Below, piece by piece: positions 1 to 9,047 of a stretch of DNA of 64,000 nt. The position numbers and the translations under genes were made by a program. Below the pieces are notes generated by a model. It was not told the DNA's origin, made no database searches, and saw only the letters and a list, made by a program, of their open reading frames with translations. The stretch lies in sequence record PZ386971.1; one strand, written 5' to 3'. Position 1 is the first letter of the stretch. Each line of letters begins with the position of its first letter. The stretch is from a phage.

Positions 1-592
1 AAGAACGGCTCGCCATATAATCAATAGATCGCAGCACAGGCCAGAGCGGGGTGGCGAACCGCTCTTGAATTCCATACGACGGGTCGATGTCTTCGAACTT
101 GGTGCGCGACTCCAACTGATTGAAGATTGCCTTCGCCATGTCAGAATACGAACCGTCGAGACCGAGGGAGCATCGGATCATGCTGTCCTTATAGGCATCG
201 GTGGTCACCATGTGCAACCAGAATGCTTTCTTGGACGAGCTGTTGGACTCATCAGCTACGCGCCCAACACGCGCTACGCGCAGGGAGAGAGTGGTGTATT
301 CCGAGGCCGCCGGACTCTTGAATGACACCACAACTTCTTCACCACCCAAGATAGGCATTGTGTCAAGAATGTCCCACCCTTCTTTTATCAAGACATTGGC
401 TGTAAGTGATGGAGATGACTTCCCTTCAAGACCCAGATCCTGGAAGACGTTGAACTCCTCAAACAACGCCGTCAGGTCATATGGCGTTGGTGATCCGCCC
501 TGGGGTGTATGAGGGAGTATCGCCATATACTTCAGGTCAAATGTTGTTGACGGTGTTACAATACCGTCTTGGGTCTCTCTGTTTTCGATCAT
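1..592 (-). CDS. hypothetical protein, partial (N-terminal part; gene continues beyond window start)
   Basis: Minus-strand frame open from ATG at 592-590 to position 1 with no stop; ATG overlaps TGA stop of upstream gene (ATGA coupling). Not in ORF track because no stop lies in the window. Confidence 0.45.
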   Translation of the reverse strand, partial: MIENRETQDGIVTPSTTFDLKYMAILPHTPQGGSPTPYDLTALFEEFNVFQDLGLEGKSSPSLTANVLIKEGWDILDTMPILGGEEVVVSFKSPAASEYTTLSLRVARVGRVADESNSSSKKAFWLHMVTTDAYKDSMIRCSLGLDGSYSDMAKAIFNQLESRTKFEDIDPSYGIQERFATPLWPVLRSIDYMASRS

Positions 593-1143
593 TTCGCCAA
601 CTCCTGCTCCAGCTGATTGACAAACGAAGACACATAATCTGGGTCGAGTACTTGGATGTTCCGTTTGGCTTCATTCTTACTGATTGCATCATCATGGTAT
701 GAAACTGCCGTCAGACCATAGTTAGCAATTATGGACGGCTCATCTAGGTCTAGGTTATATGCAAATTTGATAGCACGGGCGTCGGTCACATTGTTGAACT
801 GGTCGACATAATAGGCTGTATCCCACATACCATCGATGCCGTAATCTGCAGTCAGTTCTTCAACAATACGGCGTTCCGGTTTCGGCCAGTCCTTATTGAT
901 GTCCATGATGCCGTTTATCAGACAAGGTATCCAAAACAACTCGAAGGATCCGTAAACGCGTTCTGCGAAAGACCTTGGGGTTTCCCCATCTTGGATCGTA
1001 TACGGCAGGAGAAGTCCTTCGATGTCCTTAATTTTCTGTAAGATCATCACCCGGCGCGTTAAGTTCTGTAACAGCACCTGATCATTCTCTTGGACATCTT
1101 GCAATTGATGCCAAACAAGTGGAAACTTCTCAAAATATTTCAT
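589..1143 (-). CDS. hypothetical protein
   Basis: 184-aa ORF packed 11 nt downstream of the 1155-2123 gene on the same strand. Confidence 0.55.
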   Translation of the reverse strand: MKYFEKFPLVWHQLQDVQENDQVLLQNLTRRVMILQKIKDIEGLLLPYTIQDGETPRSFAERVYGSFELFWIPCLINGIMDINKDWPKPERRIVEELTADYGIDGMWDTAYYVDQFNNVTDARAIKFAYNLDLDEPSIIANYGLTAVSYHDDAISKNEAKRNIQVLDPDYVSSFVNQLEQELAK

Positions 1144-1154
1144 GGCATCCTCTC

Positions 1155-2123
1155 TTAGAAGCTATCGCCTTCGGTTTCAAAGCGCCCTTTGTGTAGAGGC
1201 TCCAGTTCGATGAAGGTCATGTCAACCTGCGTGGACACGATACCATCATCTTTGTGAACCGCGTATGAACTGTCCGGCGTCTCGTTGACGAACATGTTGG
1301 AAAGTACACAAGTGGAGATGCGGTGCAGCCACTGGTTACGCTCCCCATTGACCATGAACGTAATGTCGAATGTTGAAGGATGCAAGTAAAACGCGCTGGA
1401 ATTCTTGTTGTACTTGTACTCTGGGTACATATGCATCTTGAACATGCGGATGATCTCACGGACCATCTTGGCTTCCTTCTGAGATCGCGGCGTGAATTTG
1501 AATGTAAATGGAATCTCACGGTTGCGAACACCCTGGAAGATCATCTCCACATATGGGTTGGTCATGGTGCCTGTGAACAACTCAAGGGTGTCATGAGCGT
1601 TAATGCTCGGCAGGAATGGAATAGCCTCCGACGCAGATTGGATAGCCTTGGTGGCAGCGAATCGCCCCATCTCCTTCCCGACGTTGAGCGCATCACCCAG
1701 TTTAAACTGAGTCATGTCTTGGGCGGCGCGGGAAAGGAACTGTGCCCCCATACCAGCCAGCCCCAGCTCGCTACCGTTCCAGCCAACACCATAGTTGGTT
1801 GTAATGTACTCCGGCATACACAGAACAATAGATTCGTTCGAACGAACGTGACGCGCCCATGCATATTTGGTGATGGAACCAGACTTGGACCCATAGACCA
1901 CAGGAGTATTCCCCAGAGGGTTCTGTATTGGGTTCTCGATAGTCTGAGTAGCCGTGTTGCCATAAGATGAACCGGAGATGCGGTTGATGTTGAATAGGAC
2001 ATAGTGTCCCAAGGTCTTACCCCCAGTAACGTCTAGGGGATAAGACAATTGCTTCTGAGCCTGGGACAATCCCTTCGTGTTCAGAACCTTGATCTTATCG
2101 ATTGTCTTCTTGAAGTCGGCCAT
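1155..2123 (-). CDS. putative late/structural protein (possibly baseplate tail-tube initiator/cap-like; weak)
   Basis: 322-aa ORF; CTAAATAg late-promoter-like motif about 33 nt upstream on the minus strand; size similar to T4 gp54/gp48 but no motif verified. Confidence 0.5.
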   Translation of the reverse strand: MADFKKTIDKIKVLNTKGLSQAQKQLSYPLDVTGGKTLGHYVLFNINRISGSSYGNTATQTIENPIQNPLGNTPVVYGSKSGSITKYAWARHVRSNESIVLCMPEYITTNYGVGWNGSELGLAGMGAQFLSRAAQDMTQFKLGDALNVGKEMGRFAATKAIQSASEAIPFLPSINAHDTLELFTGTMTNPYVEMIFQGVRNREIPFTFKFTPRSQKEAKMVREIIRMFKMHMYPEYKYNKNSSAFYLHPSTFDITFMVNGERNQWLHRISTCVLSNMFVNETPDSSYAVHKDDGIVSTQVDMTFIELEPLHKGRFETEGDSF

Positions 2124-2156
2124 GGTCTCAGCCCTTAAATAGATAGAGTGTTATGG

Positions 2157-2165
2157 CTATTTAGG
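2157..2165 (-). promoter_or_regulatory. candidate late promoter (CTAAATAg) for 1155-2123
   Basis: Minus strand reads cctaaatag, matching the CTAAATAc motif upstream of plus-strand structural genes. Confidence 0.3.
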
Positions 2166-2173
2166 ACTAGATT

Positions 2174-2788
2174 ATGAGCAACTATCTTCAGGGGAAGTAC
2201 ACCCCGGTTAATCCCAAGAAGTATCAGGGGAATGTGAATAACATCATCTTCCGCTCTTCGCTGGAGTTGGTGGCTTTCAAGTTCTGTGATATGAACTCCG
2301 CGATAGTGAAGTGGTCTAGTGAGGAGACCGTAATCCCTTACATTTCCCCAGTCGACGGGCGCACCCATCGTTACTTCATGGACCTCAAGGTCTGGACGCG
2401 CCGTGAAGGGCAAGAGGAACTACAGGTCACCCTCATTGAGATCAAGCCCAAAGACCAGATCAAGCAGCCGAAGAAGACTCCGAACATGAAGGAGTCGACA
2501 TTCAACAATGCGATGCGAACCTGGTTGGTCAATTCTGCCAAGTGGGAGGCCACCCGCGAACTGTGTGCCAAGAAGAACTGGAAGTTCATTATCTGGACCG
2601 AAGAGCATCTTGTTCCAGGTGAAGATCCGGATGTTCGTAAACAGTTTGAGCTGAAGTCGAAAAAGAAACGGGATATGGAGATGCAAGATCGCCGACATGC
2701 CGAACGTGTCAGGGTGCTGAAGGAACAGATGCGGAAGGAGATTAAACCCGCCCCAACGGAGCGGGATGATGGACTTCTATTACCTTAA
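2174..2788 (+). CDS. putative PD-(D/E)XK-type nuclease (lone plus-strand gene in minus-strand block)
   Basis: 204-aa ORF; D...EIK arrangement (MDLKVW...TLIEIKPK) resembles PD-(D/E)XK core; basic Lys/Arg-rich C-terminus. Confidence 0.4.
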   Translation: MSNYLQGKYTPVNPKKYQGNVNNIIFRSSLELVAFKFCDMNSAIVKWSSEETVIPYISPVDGRTHRYFMDLKVWTRREGQEELQVTLIEIKPKDQIKQPKKTPNMKESTFNNAMRTWLVNSAKWEATRELCAKKNWKFIIWTEEHLVPGEDPDVRKQFELKSKKKRDMEMQDRRHAERVRVLKEQMRKEIKPAPTERDDGLLLP

Positions 2789-2793
2789 CTACC

Positions 2794-3006
2794 TTAACTT
2801 CTTTTGTGGCCAGGGGCGTAGCAGGTATGCCTGTCGCGCCCGATTTGCCAGCCGTCTGCTCGCGCCTGTTTGACACAATCACCCCAAGTCTCACCAGTGT
2901 ATTGTTTGAACCCGCACTTGGGGTGATGCTCTTCCCAAGCCCAACTGCATGCCTTGCAATCTGAGCATTCACAATAAAGATCGATGGTGTAACCTGAAAT
3001 GATCAT
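2794..3006 (-). CDS. small Cys-rich putative zinc-binding protein
   Basis: 70 aa with CxC..CxxC plus further Cys/His (CECSDCKAC...HHPKC...HTC). Confidence 0.45.
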   Translation of the reverse strand: MIISGYTIDLYCECSDCKACSWAWEEHHPKCGFKQYTGETWGDCVKQARADGWQIGRDRHTCYAPGHKRS

Positions 3007-3008
3007 AA

Positions 3009-3416
3009 TCAGTCTTCTAGGTGATCGTAGATCTTCTGACGGAACGCATTACCACCAGCACAACCCTTGGCCAGCAGGTGGGTGCCGCCCGTACCGATCA
3101 CGCTGATTGTTGAGAAGCCCAAGATACGGCCTGTGATGGACTGATCAACCTTCACTGTCTCCACCTTACCGATGCGCAACTCATCAGCATCACGACGGAT
3201 GAAACCACGTTTGACGATGACACGCTTATTAGTCACAGCGAATTCAGTTGTCAATACATTTAAAATTGTTGGTATCAGAAATAACAAGCTGAATCCAAAT
3301 GTTGGGATAAACGTTAAAATAACCAGAACGTAAATCCAAAAACCGCTCCACCAGGTCGGGCGGGTGAAGGCAATAACGTGCTCGTCTTTGCCGAGCATAC
3401 GATCTACATAACGCAT
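3009..3416 (-). CDS. membrane protein (bacterial PH-domain-like)
   Basis: 135 aa; two hydrophobic helices followed by a soluble domain. Confidence 0.5.
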   Translation of the reverse strand: MRYVDRMLGKDEHVIAFTRPTWWSGFWIYVLVILTFIPTFGFSLLFLIPTILNVLTTEFAVTNKRVIVKRGFIRRDADELRIGKVETVKVDQSITGRILGFSTISVIGTGGTHLLAKGCAGGNAFRQKIYDHLED

Positions 3417-3426
3417 GATAAATTCC

Positions 3427-3936
3427 TTATTTGTCAGGGTTCACTAAAACAGGGGTGGATACCAGTTCGCCGTTCTTCACAGAATGCTGGACTACAACAA
3501 ACTGATCGACCATGCGATATACTTCAATTCCAGCAGCCAGCATGTCAATAATGCCGTCTATGATACGATATGGTCGGTCATAGAACACTTTAGCGATCTT
3601 GCCACTGTCGATAATACGACGGGTGCACTCTGGGCATGGACTATGAGTGACAAACATCACTAGGCCACAACAGTCTTCAGTGTGCTGGGGGAGTTTGCTC
3701 AGAGCATTCTCCTCGGCGTGGATAACACCCACCGATACCAGTTGACCGTCTACTTCCTTCTCACAGACATTAGGAGCGCCAGGAGCAGTCCCGTTCCAAC
3801 CGATAGACAGGGGCTGGTCAACACGCGGGTCAACGATAACACAGCCGACCTTCAGGCGCTGGGCATAGCTGGACAGGGCGTATGCATGAGCCGAGCGCAT
3901 ATGCGCAAATAACATACGGGGTTTGATAGCCATCAC
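3427..3936 (-). CDS. cd: dCMP deaminase
   Basis: Zinc-binding deaminase motifs HAEENA and PCPEC present in the 169-aa ORF. Confidence 0.85.
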   Translation of the reverse strand: MMAIKPRMLFAHMRSAHAYALSSYAQRLKVGCVIVDPRVDQPLSIGWNGTAPGAPNVCEKEVDGQLVSVGVIHAEENALSKLPQHTEDCCGLVMFVTHSPCPECTRRIIDSGKIAKVFYDRPYRIIDGIIDMLAAGIEVYRMVDQFVVVQHSVKNGELVSTPVLVNPDK

Positions 3937-4247
3937 ATCACCAGTTTCTTTTCAAGGAGGAAGATCATGTCGTCTTGGTCTGCACGACCAAAGATCTGAC
4001 CCATGGCGACCATCTGGTGGACTTCCCTGACAATGATTTCTTTACCAGGAGTAACTTCATCCAGGTCCATGATAGTGCTGACGCGGTCTACCATGCGCGG
4101 CGGGTGATTAATGTAGCGCTGCAGGTACTTCTCGCGAGTGGCAATCAGGTTGTTCAGCTCGGAGATTTCAGACTCTTCTTCTGAGAAGCGCTTTTCCTTC
4201 GCCTGCAGTTCAGCCAGGCGCTCATACATTTCTTTTAATGGGGTCAT
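3933..4247 (-). CDS. hypothetical protein
   Basis: 104-aa ORF; its stop overlaps the start of cd. Confidence 0.5.
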   Translation of the reverse strand: MTPLKEMYERLAELQAKEKRFSEEESEISELNNLIATREKYLQRYINHPPRMVDRVSTIMDLDEVTPGKEIIVREVHQMVAMGQIFGRADQDDMIFLLEKKLVM

Positions 4248-4316
4248 TTCCGGTTCCTCTTAATAAACGAAGGGAAGTATATACTCCCCCTTCTTCAATA
4301 ACCGCTGAATCTTTAT

Positions 4317-4646
4317 TCAGAGATAAGATTTACCGAGTTCGGTCAGGCGATAGAACGTCACCTCAGTGTTCGGCCAGTTCACGTAAGAACCGTCATGAAC
4401 CATTGAGCCAGCTGGTTCGATCAACCCCTTGGCGAGCAGGGAAGCCCCAGTGCGGGGGTTGCCTTTGACGGAGGTGAAACCACCAGCGTTCGGGCATACC
4501 TGGAACGTCCAGACGGTGTTGCCCTTGTCATTGGTCCAGGATTTGGGATGAAAGTACCATTCACCATAACGGTAATGACCTTTCTCAAAGTTCAACATTC
4601 CTAAAAGGACGCAGAGTTGATGTCCTGTGATGCGCGGCTTTTTCAT
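4317..4646 (-). CDS. hypothetical protein
   Basis: Start refined to the MKKPRI methionine, which forms an ATGA overlap with the stop of the upstream gene. Confidence 0.45.
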   Translation of the reverse strand: MKKPRITGHQLCVLLGMLNFEKGHYRYGEWYFHPKSWTNDKGNTVWTFQVCPNAGGFTSVKGNPRTGASLLAKGLIEPAGSMVHDGSYVNWPNTEVTFYRLTELGKSYL

Positions 4647-4960
4647 GACAATACTCCTTTCAGAGCTAAAACGGAAAGCACACCAATAATCAACCATGTC
4701 GGGATAATTGGCTTGCAGTTCATGTGGGTTTCTCCACCTTCGATGTTCGGGCTTCCTTGTATAAGAACGTGTTCACAGGAAGCTCTGAACGTCATTACAC
4801 AGCCCATCAACACAATTGGCCTGATATAATAACCCGTTTTAGTTTGCTTCACGATACATGGAGAGGAGAAGCGCAGATATGGATCCCCTTTCCGGTAGCC
4901 TGTGATTGTGACCTTCTGCACTTCAGAAGGCACTTTTTGGCCAGGAAAATAAATTTTCAT
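4643..4960 (-). CDS. hypothetical protein with C-terminal transmembrane helix
   Basis: 105-aa ORF; hydrophobic C-terminal segment [15 protein letters not shown]. Confidence 0.45.
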   Translation of the reverse strand: MKIYFPGQKVPSEVQKVTITGYRKGDPYLRFSSPCIVKQTKTGYYIRPIVLMGCVMTFRASCEHVLIQGSPNIEGGETHMNCKPIIPTWLIIGVLSVLALKGVLS

Positions 4961-5517
4961 ATTTCAATCCCCAGATTGGTGTATAACAACTCAGACAGGG
5001 TTACAGGACGCTTGAATTGTTCCCAGCTGCAGTTCAGGTATTCGCGCTCTTCACGCATTTCACCGTGAAGATGGCCATGGATATTATACGCCCAGCGGTC
5101 TAATTGATAAGGAACGTGAGTGGTCAGCACACGACCAACCGGAGTATCACGCTCATACATCGCACCAAAGGAGCTAATCCATCCCTCTTGATACAGCTGC
5201 ATCAACATCTTGAATTTGTCATGGTTGCCTTGCGCCACCCTGATGATAAAGTTCGGTCGCCAGTCATCAGGGACGGGGCGGCGCTTGAACTCATCAATAT
5301 TCCGCTTGGCAACCTCGCGCATCAGGCGAATGAACCCCTCAGCCCCGATGAAGCAGATGTCCCCAGCCAGTTCAAGGACGTCTCGGGACTTCAGCCCCTG
5401 AAAGATACTGTCGATAACTGCAGCATCATGTGCCTCTTGGGTATCGAACCCACGGGGCTTGAAGATCTTCTTGTGTCCGAGGTGAGTGTCGCCCAGATAC
5501 TTTACAATTCCTGCCAT
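4957..5517 (-). CDS. metallophosphoesterase (calcineurin-like phosphatase)
   Basis: Motifs GDTHLG, GNHD and GHLHG; start placed at internal ATG 5517 preceded by GAGGAG and overlapping upstream TAA. Confidence 0.7.
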   Translation of the reverse strand: MAGIVKYLGDTHLGHKKIFKPRGFDTQEAHDAAVIDSIFQGLKSRDVLELAGDICFIGAEGFIRLMREVAKRNIDEFKRRPVPDDWRPNFIIRVAQGNHDKFKMLMQLYQEGWISSFGAMYERDTPVGRVLTTHVPYQLDRWAYNIHGHLHGEMREEREYLNCSWEQFKRPVTLSELLYTNLGIEI

Positions 5518-5945
5518 TATGGTCTCCTCAACCATTCTAAAATCGGTACGTTCACAAACCCTTTATGCCAGCGATGGGGTTTATGGCCTCTGTTGTGTTC
5601 GAGCAAACACGTATCCGGTGGGACACTGAAGTGGATGCCTTCGATGTCGTAGTAATGCCCATCAATCAGAGTATACACATGACCTTCGGTCTGACTGTAA
5701 TGGATCTCTGCTTGGGGATACACGTGCTTCAGAAGTAGAGCAACCTGGTAACACTTCCCGTTCTTCCCCACGTACTCGACATCCACCTGTTGTGGAAACA
5801 CATCTTTGATAAGGTTTATCAATCTCGTGATGTCATTTACGACAACCGAACGTTTCATATCACCTCTCCCGAGGATTCGTTGGTGAACCAATGATACTCT
5901 ATCCCGGATATAGAAAAGCCCCTCACGGGGCTTGATCGTCTTCAT
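5517..5945 (-). CDS. hypothetical protein (His-rich)
   Basis: 142-aa ORF in same-strand array. Confidence 0.5.
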   Translation of the reverse strand: MKTIKPREGLFYIRDRVSLVHQRILGRGDMKRSVVVNDITRLINLIKDVFPQQVDVEYVGKNGKCYQVALLLKHVYPQAEIHYSQTEGHVYTLIDGHYYDIEGIHFSVPPDTCLLEHNRGHKPHRWHKGFVNVPILEWLRRP

Positions 5946-6225
5946 CAGGGAATATACGCCATCGACCTATTCCATACCACTCACCGATAGAGTTCCATGT
6001 CCTTTCCCCAGGCCAGCCGCCGACCGAGTAGTAATGCGCCACCAGCCGCCAGTAAGGAAGAGAGGCCGTGTTCACGCCGCCGTCGGCCTTTAGGCAGGCC
6101 AAGTACCAATTCGTGAGACTGAACGCCTGAAATAACGGATGAAGGAACATGAAGTACAGGTAGCCCAATATGGCTGTGAATACCCCAGCTGTTACGATCA
6201 CACCGATGACAGTGAATACAATCAT
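5923..6225 (-). CDS. membrane protein
   Basis: 100 aa with N-terminal hydrophobic helices. Confidence 0.45.
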   Translation of the reverse strand: MIVFTVIGVIVTAGVFTAILGYLYFMFLHPLFQAFSLTNWYLACLKADGGVNTASLPYWRLVAHYYSVGGWPGERTWNSIGEWYGIGRWRIFPDEDDQAP

Positions 6226-6854
6226 CCCACAACCTCCAGACCCATCAGATCTTCCATGGTCTTCTGAATACGCAGCCAGTCAAGCGCAGCGTCATAACGA
6301 GGGTCATGATAGACCATACCTTCCAGTTCCCACGCCTTGATACCAGCATACCGATCCTGCTGTCCAACACCCTTCAGCCAACTCACGATGTCGAAGGTGT
6401 GGTGGTAGTCCCAAGGCTCGTTGGAGTCCTGCTTACATGTCACCTCAATGATGTGCTGAGCCTTGCGCAGATCAAACAGGTTGCGATCACACCAGTCGAC
6501 CGAGCGCGGGTCTACCCCAAGACGATGACAACCCTTGCGGATTTCATCGGCCAATTGGAAGATAGAGATGTCATCTTCCTTGGGGTACAGACTGACTGCG
6601 CGAGCCGCATCACACGGGTTACGTTTACCCGCCCCCAACCACCATTCTACCGTCCCAGCGTCCTTCACGCGACCAAGTTCGAGCTGCTCTTTGACATTCA
6701 GCTTAATGAACGTCGTGCGCTCCTCAACCAGCTGCTGAAGAGTATAACGCTTGGTCAGGTCGGCGATGGTGTGCGCCCAAGACAGCATGACTGCATCATC
6801 CCAGCGCCCCAAGGTTTCACTGTCGGCCACAGCCAAAAAATTTGATTTATACAT
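6222..6854 (-). CDS. DEDDh-type 3'-5' exonuclease (DnaQ-like)
   Basis: Exo I motif LAVADSETLG near N-terminus and Exo III-like HDPRYDAALD near C-terminus. Confidence 0.6.
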   Translation of the reverse strand: MYKSNFLAVADSETLGRWDDAVMLSWAHTIADLTKRYTLQQLVEERTTFIKLNVKEQLELGRVKDAGTVEWWLGAGKRNPCDAARAVSLYPKEDDISIFQLADEIRKGCHRLGVDPRSVDWCDRNLFDLRKAQHIIEVTCKQDSNEPWDYHHTFDIVSWLKGVGQQDRYAGIKAWELEGMVYHDPRYDAALDWLRIQKTMEDLMGLEVVG

Positions 6855-7098
6855 GTTTATTCTCCCAACACTTTATTTTGGCTTTTACTGTATAATAATT
6901 TTCATCAATGAACTTTTTGTTGACGCGCTTAATTTCTATCTCTGGGCAAAGTAACCCTATAGTTTCCCTCAAAATCTGGCTCACCCTGGCCTGTGAAATA
7001 CAATAAATTTCTGATACTTCTTTCGAACTAGTTCCAGACATGACAAGTTTTAGAATATTGACCTTTTTATAAAATTCTTGATCAAACGCACATATCAT
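6847..7098 (-). CDS. small sigma-70 region-4-like HTH protein (putative transcription regulator)
   Basis: 83 aa; SKEVSEIYCISQARVSQILRET resembles sigma region 4 helix-turn-helix. Confidence 0.45.
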   Translation of the reverse strand: MICAFDQEFYKKVNILKLVMSGTSSKEVSEIYCISQARVSQILRETIGLLCPEIEIKRVNKKFIDENYYTVKAKIKCWENKHV

Positions 7099-7101
7099 TA
7101 T

Positions 7102-7716
7102 TCACCCCTCCTCGTCGATGATTTCTTGCTCATCTTCGACAATCATGATACCTTCTGCGTCCAGATGAGAAAGTTCCATCAGATCATTATCGAATCCGTC
7201 TCCTTCCCTGATATAGAAGACTGGGACGACACGACGGCGGGTCTCTTCATACACGCTTTCAGAGATTCGATTGATATGGCGTACTACACTGTAGAGGTTC
7301 AGGCCACCAATACCACAGCCGATAGCAGGCAGGCCGACATAGACAGTTTCGTCTTTAGTTGCTTCCACAATTTCATGCACCTGCTCAAACAGGGTCTGAA
7401 CAGAACTGATGACAGACGGCATGCGAGCGTTCGGGCCTGGATAAAACTGAGTGTAGAGGTTCGCGCCCCAAACGCCCTTGCTGTGGTCAAATGCATAGGA
7501 CATACCACCCAGGCGTTGCTCTGGACCACGAGGGTCGTTCGCATCGACTTCGCGCAGCGCTGGGAAGTTGTTGCCGATGTGCAGAGCAATGCCCGCACCC
7601 ATGGTAGACCAGCAGTTGGCACCGTGGGCAAAGATGTCGATCAGATTGAAGCTACAGGCGGCTTTCAGTAGATCGCCGCCATTGATTACATATGTGGTCA
7701 TGCGTACTGTCTCCAT
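7102..7716 (-). CDS. macro-domain protein (ADP-ribose binding/hydrolase-like) with acidic C-terminal tail
   Basis: HGANCWSTMGAGIALHI and GLPAIGCGIGGLN resemble the two conserved macrodomain loops (NAAN...GGGV and P-x-I-x-T-G-x-x-G). Confidence 0.6.
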   Translation of the reverse strand: METVRMTTYVINGGDLLKAACSFNLIDIFAHGANCWSTMGAGIALHIGNNFPALREVDANDPRGPEQRLGGMSYAFDHSKGVWGANLYTQFYPGPNARMPSVISSVQTLFEQVHEIVEATKDETVYVGLPAIGCGIGGLNLYSVVRHINRISESVYEETRRRVVPVFYIREGDGFDNDLMELSHLDAEGIMIVEDEQEIIDEEG

Positions 7717-7940
7717 TCAATAATGCTGTTGTCAACACATGACACCTGGATGATGCCTGTGCGGTGGTGATAATCAGTCATCTGCATGATAAAGTTGTTC
7801 CCATTGCGGATAATGGTGTTGACAACGATACCCTTGGCAGCAAGGCGTATTACAATGGCAGTGCAAAGACGGTCCATGTAACCGGACACAGAACCTGGTT
7901 CGAAGCATCGCTCGAACAGATTTTCAAATTCTGGGCTCAT
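7698..7940 (-). CDS. hypothetical protein
   Basis: 80-aa ORF in same-strand array. Confidence 0.4.
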   Translation of the reverse strand: MSPEFENLFERCFEPGSVSGYMDRLCTAIVIRLAAKGIVVNTIIRNGNNFIMQMTDYHHRTGIIQVSCVDNSIIEWRQYA

Positions 7941-7990
7941 TTGATGTTACCAAACAAGAGGTCGAGGCGGTAATAATACCGCCTTTTTCT

Positions 7991-8401
7991 TCAATAGAGG
8001 TCTTCGGAAAAGAGTTCGCGGAATGGGGTTGTCTTCAGGCGCACCTGATTGATCTGTCCAGCTTCACGGGCTACGATGCATGCCTCTTCACGAGTAAGGA
8101 AGTTGCCCTGGTTGTCGATGAATCCCTGTTCGCGGGTATGGGTGGATTTAATGACGCCTGCCTCTTTCAGGATCTTGAGCTGGTTGTTCATGAATCGGCT
8201 GTGGTGACGGTCAGCAACGACGATTACATCACCATATTTGTTGGCGGCAGCGACCACACGACGCTCCCAGGCACCTTCGGCAGGAAGTTCACGAGTGTAC
8301 AGGGGAATCATCGTATCACCGATGTCATCCCCCTTCACCTGTGAGAACAACTTGCCTTCAGTTCCCGTTGGGAGTTCACGAAAATATCCCAGTAATTTCA
8401 T
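7991..8401 (-). CDS. hypothetical protein
   Basis: 136-aa ORF. Confidence 0.5.
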   Translation of the reverse strand: MKLLGYFRELPTGTEGKLFSQVKGDDIGDTMIPLYTRELPAEGAWERRVVAAANKYGDVIVVADRHHSRFMNNQLKILKEAGVIKSTHTREQGFIDNQGNFLTREEACIVAREAGQINQVRLKTTPFRELFSEDLY

Positions 8402-8452
8402 AATCTATTCAATCCAAATTTCAGGTTCAGAGATGTCGACCATATCCACTGT

Positions 8453-8683
8453 CTAGTTCTTCAGATCATGGAAACAGTCGCCGAGGAATTGTATTTTGCC
8501 GTCGGTCAGGAATAGATGGCAAAATGATGCTGGATCAGTTGCATTCACCAGCAGGCTCGGTGTGAACGTAGGCTCAATAACATTGTTGTTCCACGACCAC
8601 ATCGGACCTTGGGTTTCGCCCTTAATGTGATATAGATGAAGCATATCACACCCAGGACAATGAAAATACAAGGAATCATCCAT
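8453..8683 (-). CDS. small Cys/His-containing hypothetical protein
   Basis: 76 aa with CPGC and further Cys/His. Confidence 0.4.
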   Translation of the reverse strand: MDDSLYFHCPGCDMLHLYHIKGETQGPMWSWNNNVIEPTFTPSLLVNATDPASFCHLFLTDGKIQFLGDCFHDLKN

Positions 8684-8718
8684 AGACAGAAGTTTAGGGC
8701 TCAGAAGCTATGTTATGA

Positions 8719-9006
8719 TCAACCATCTACAGTGGCTTCAGGATCGTAGGGGCGCAGTTCACCAACCAGTTTCGGAAAGAGTGCAATCCCGAACAGGTTG
8801 AAAGAACGCATAGTGCCGACCATTGCAACATCTTCCCCTTCCTCGATATCTTTCAGGGCGCACATTGGGTAATATTCATCGACCTCTGGGTCTTCCGTCT
8901 CACCATAGAGACCAAACGCTACCTCTTCTTTGATAAAGCGAGGAACCAAGATATCAAATAGGATAATGATGAATACCATAGGTGCTGCAGAACGGAGATA
9001 GAACAT
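8719..9006 (-). CDS. hypothetical protein
   Basis: 95-aa ORF. Confidence 0.4.
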   Translation of the reverse strand: MFYLRSAAPMVFIIILFDILVPRFIKEEVAFGLYGETEDPEVDEYYPMCALKDIEEGEDVAMVGTMRSFNLFGIALFPKLVGELRPYDPEATVDG

Positions 9007-9047
9007 AGCACAACCCTCCAGGTGAGGAGGGGCGAACCCCTCCGATG

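Noticed and set aside
1380-1970. 196-aa plus-strand ORF
   Set aside because: Lies inside the 1155-2123 minus-strand gene, which has a late-promoter motif and fits the operon.
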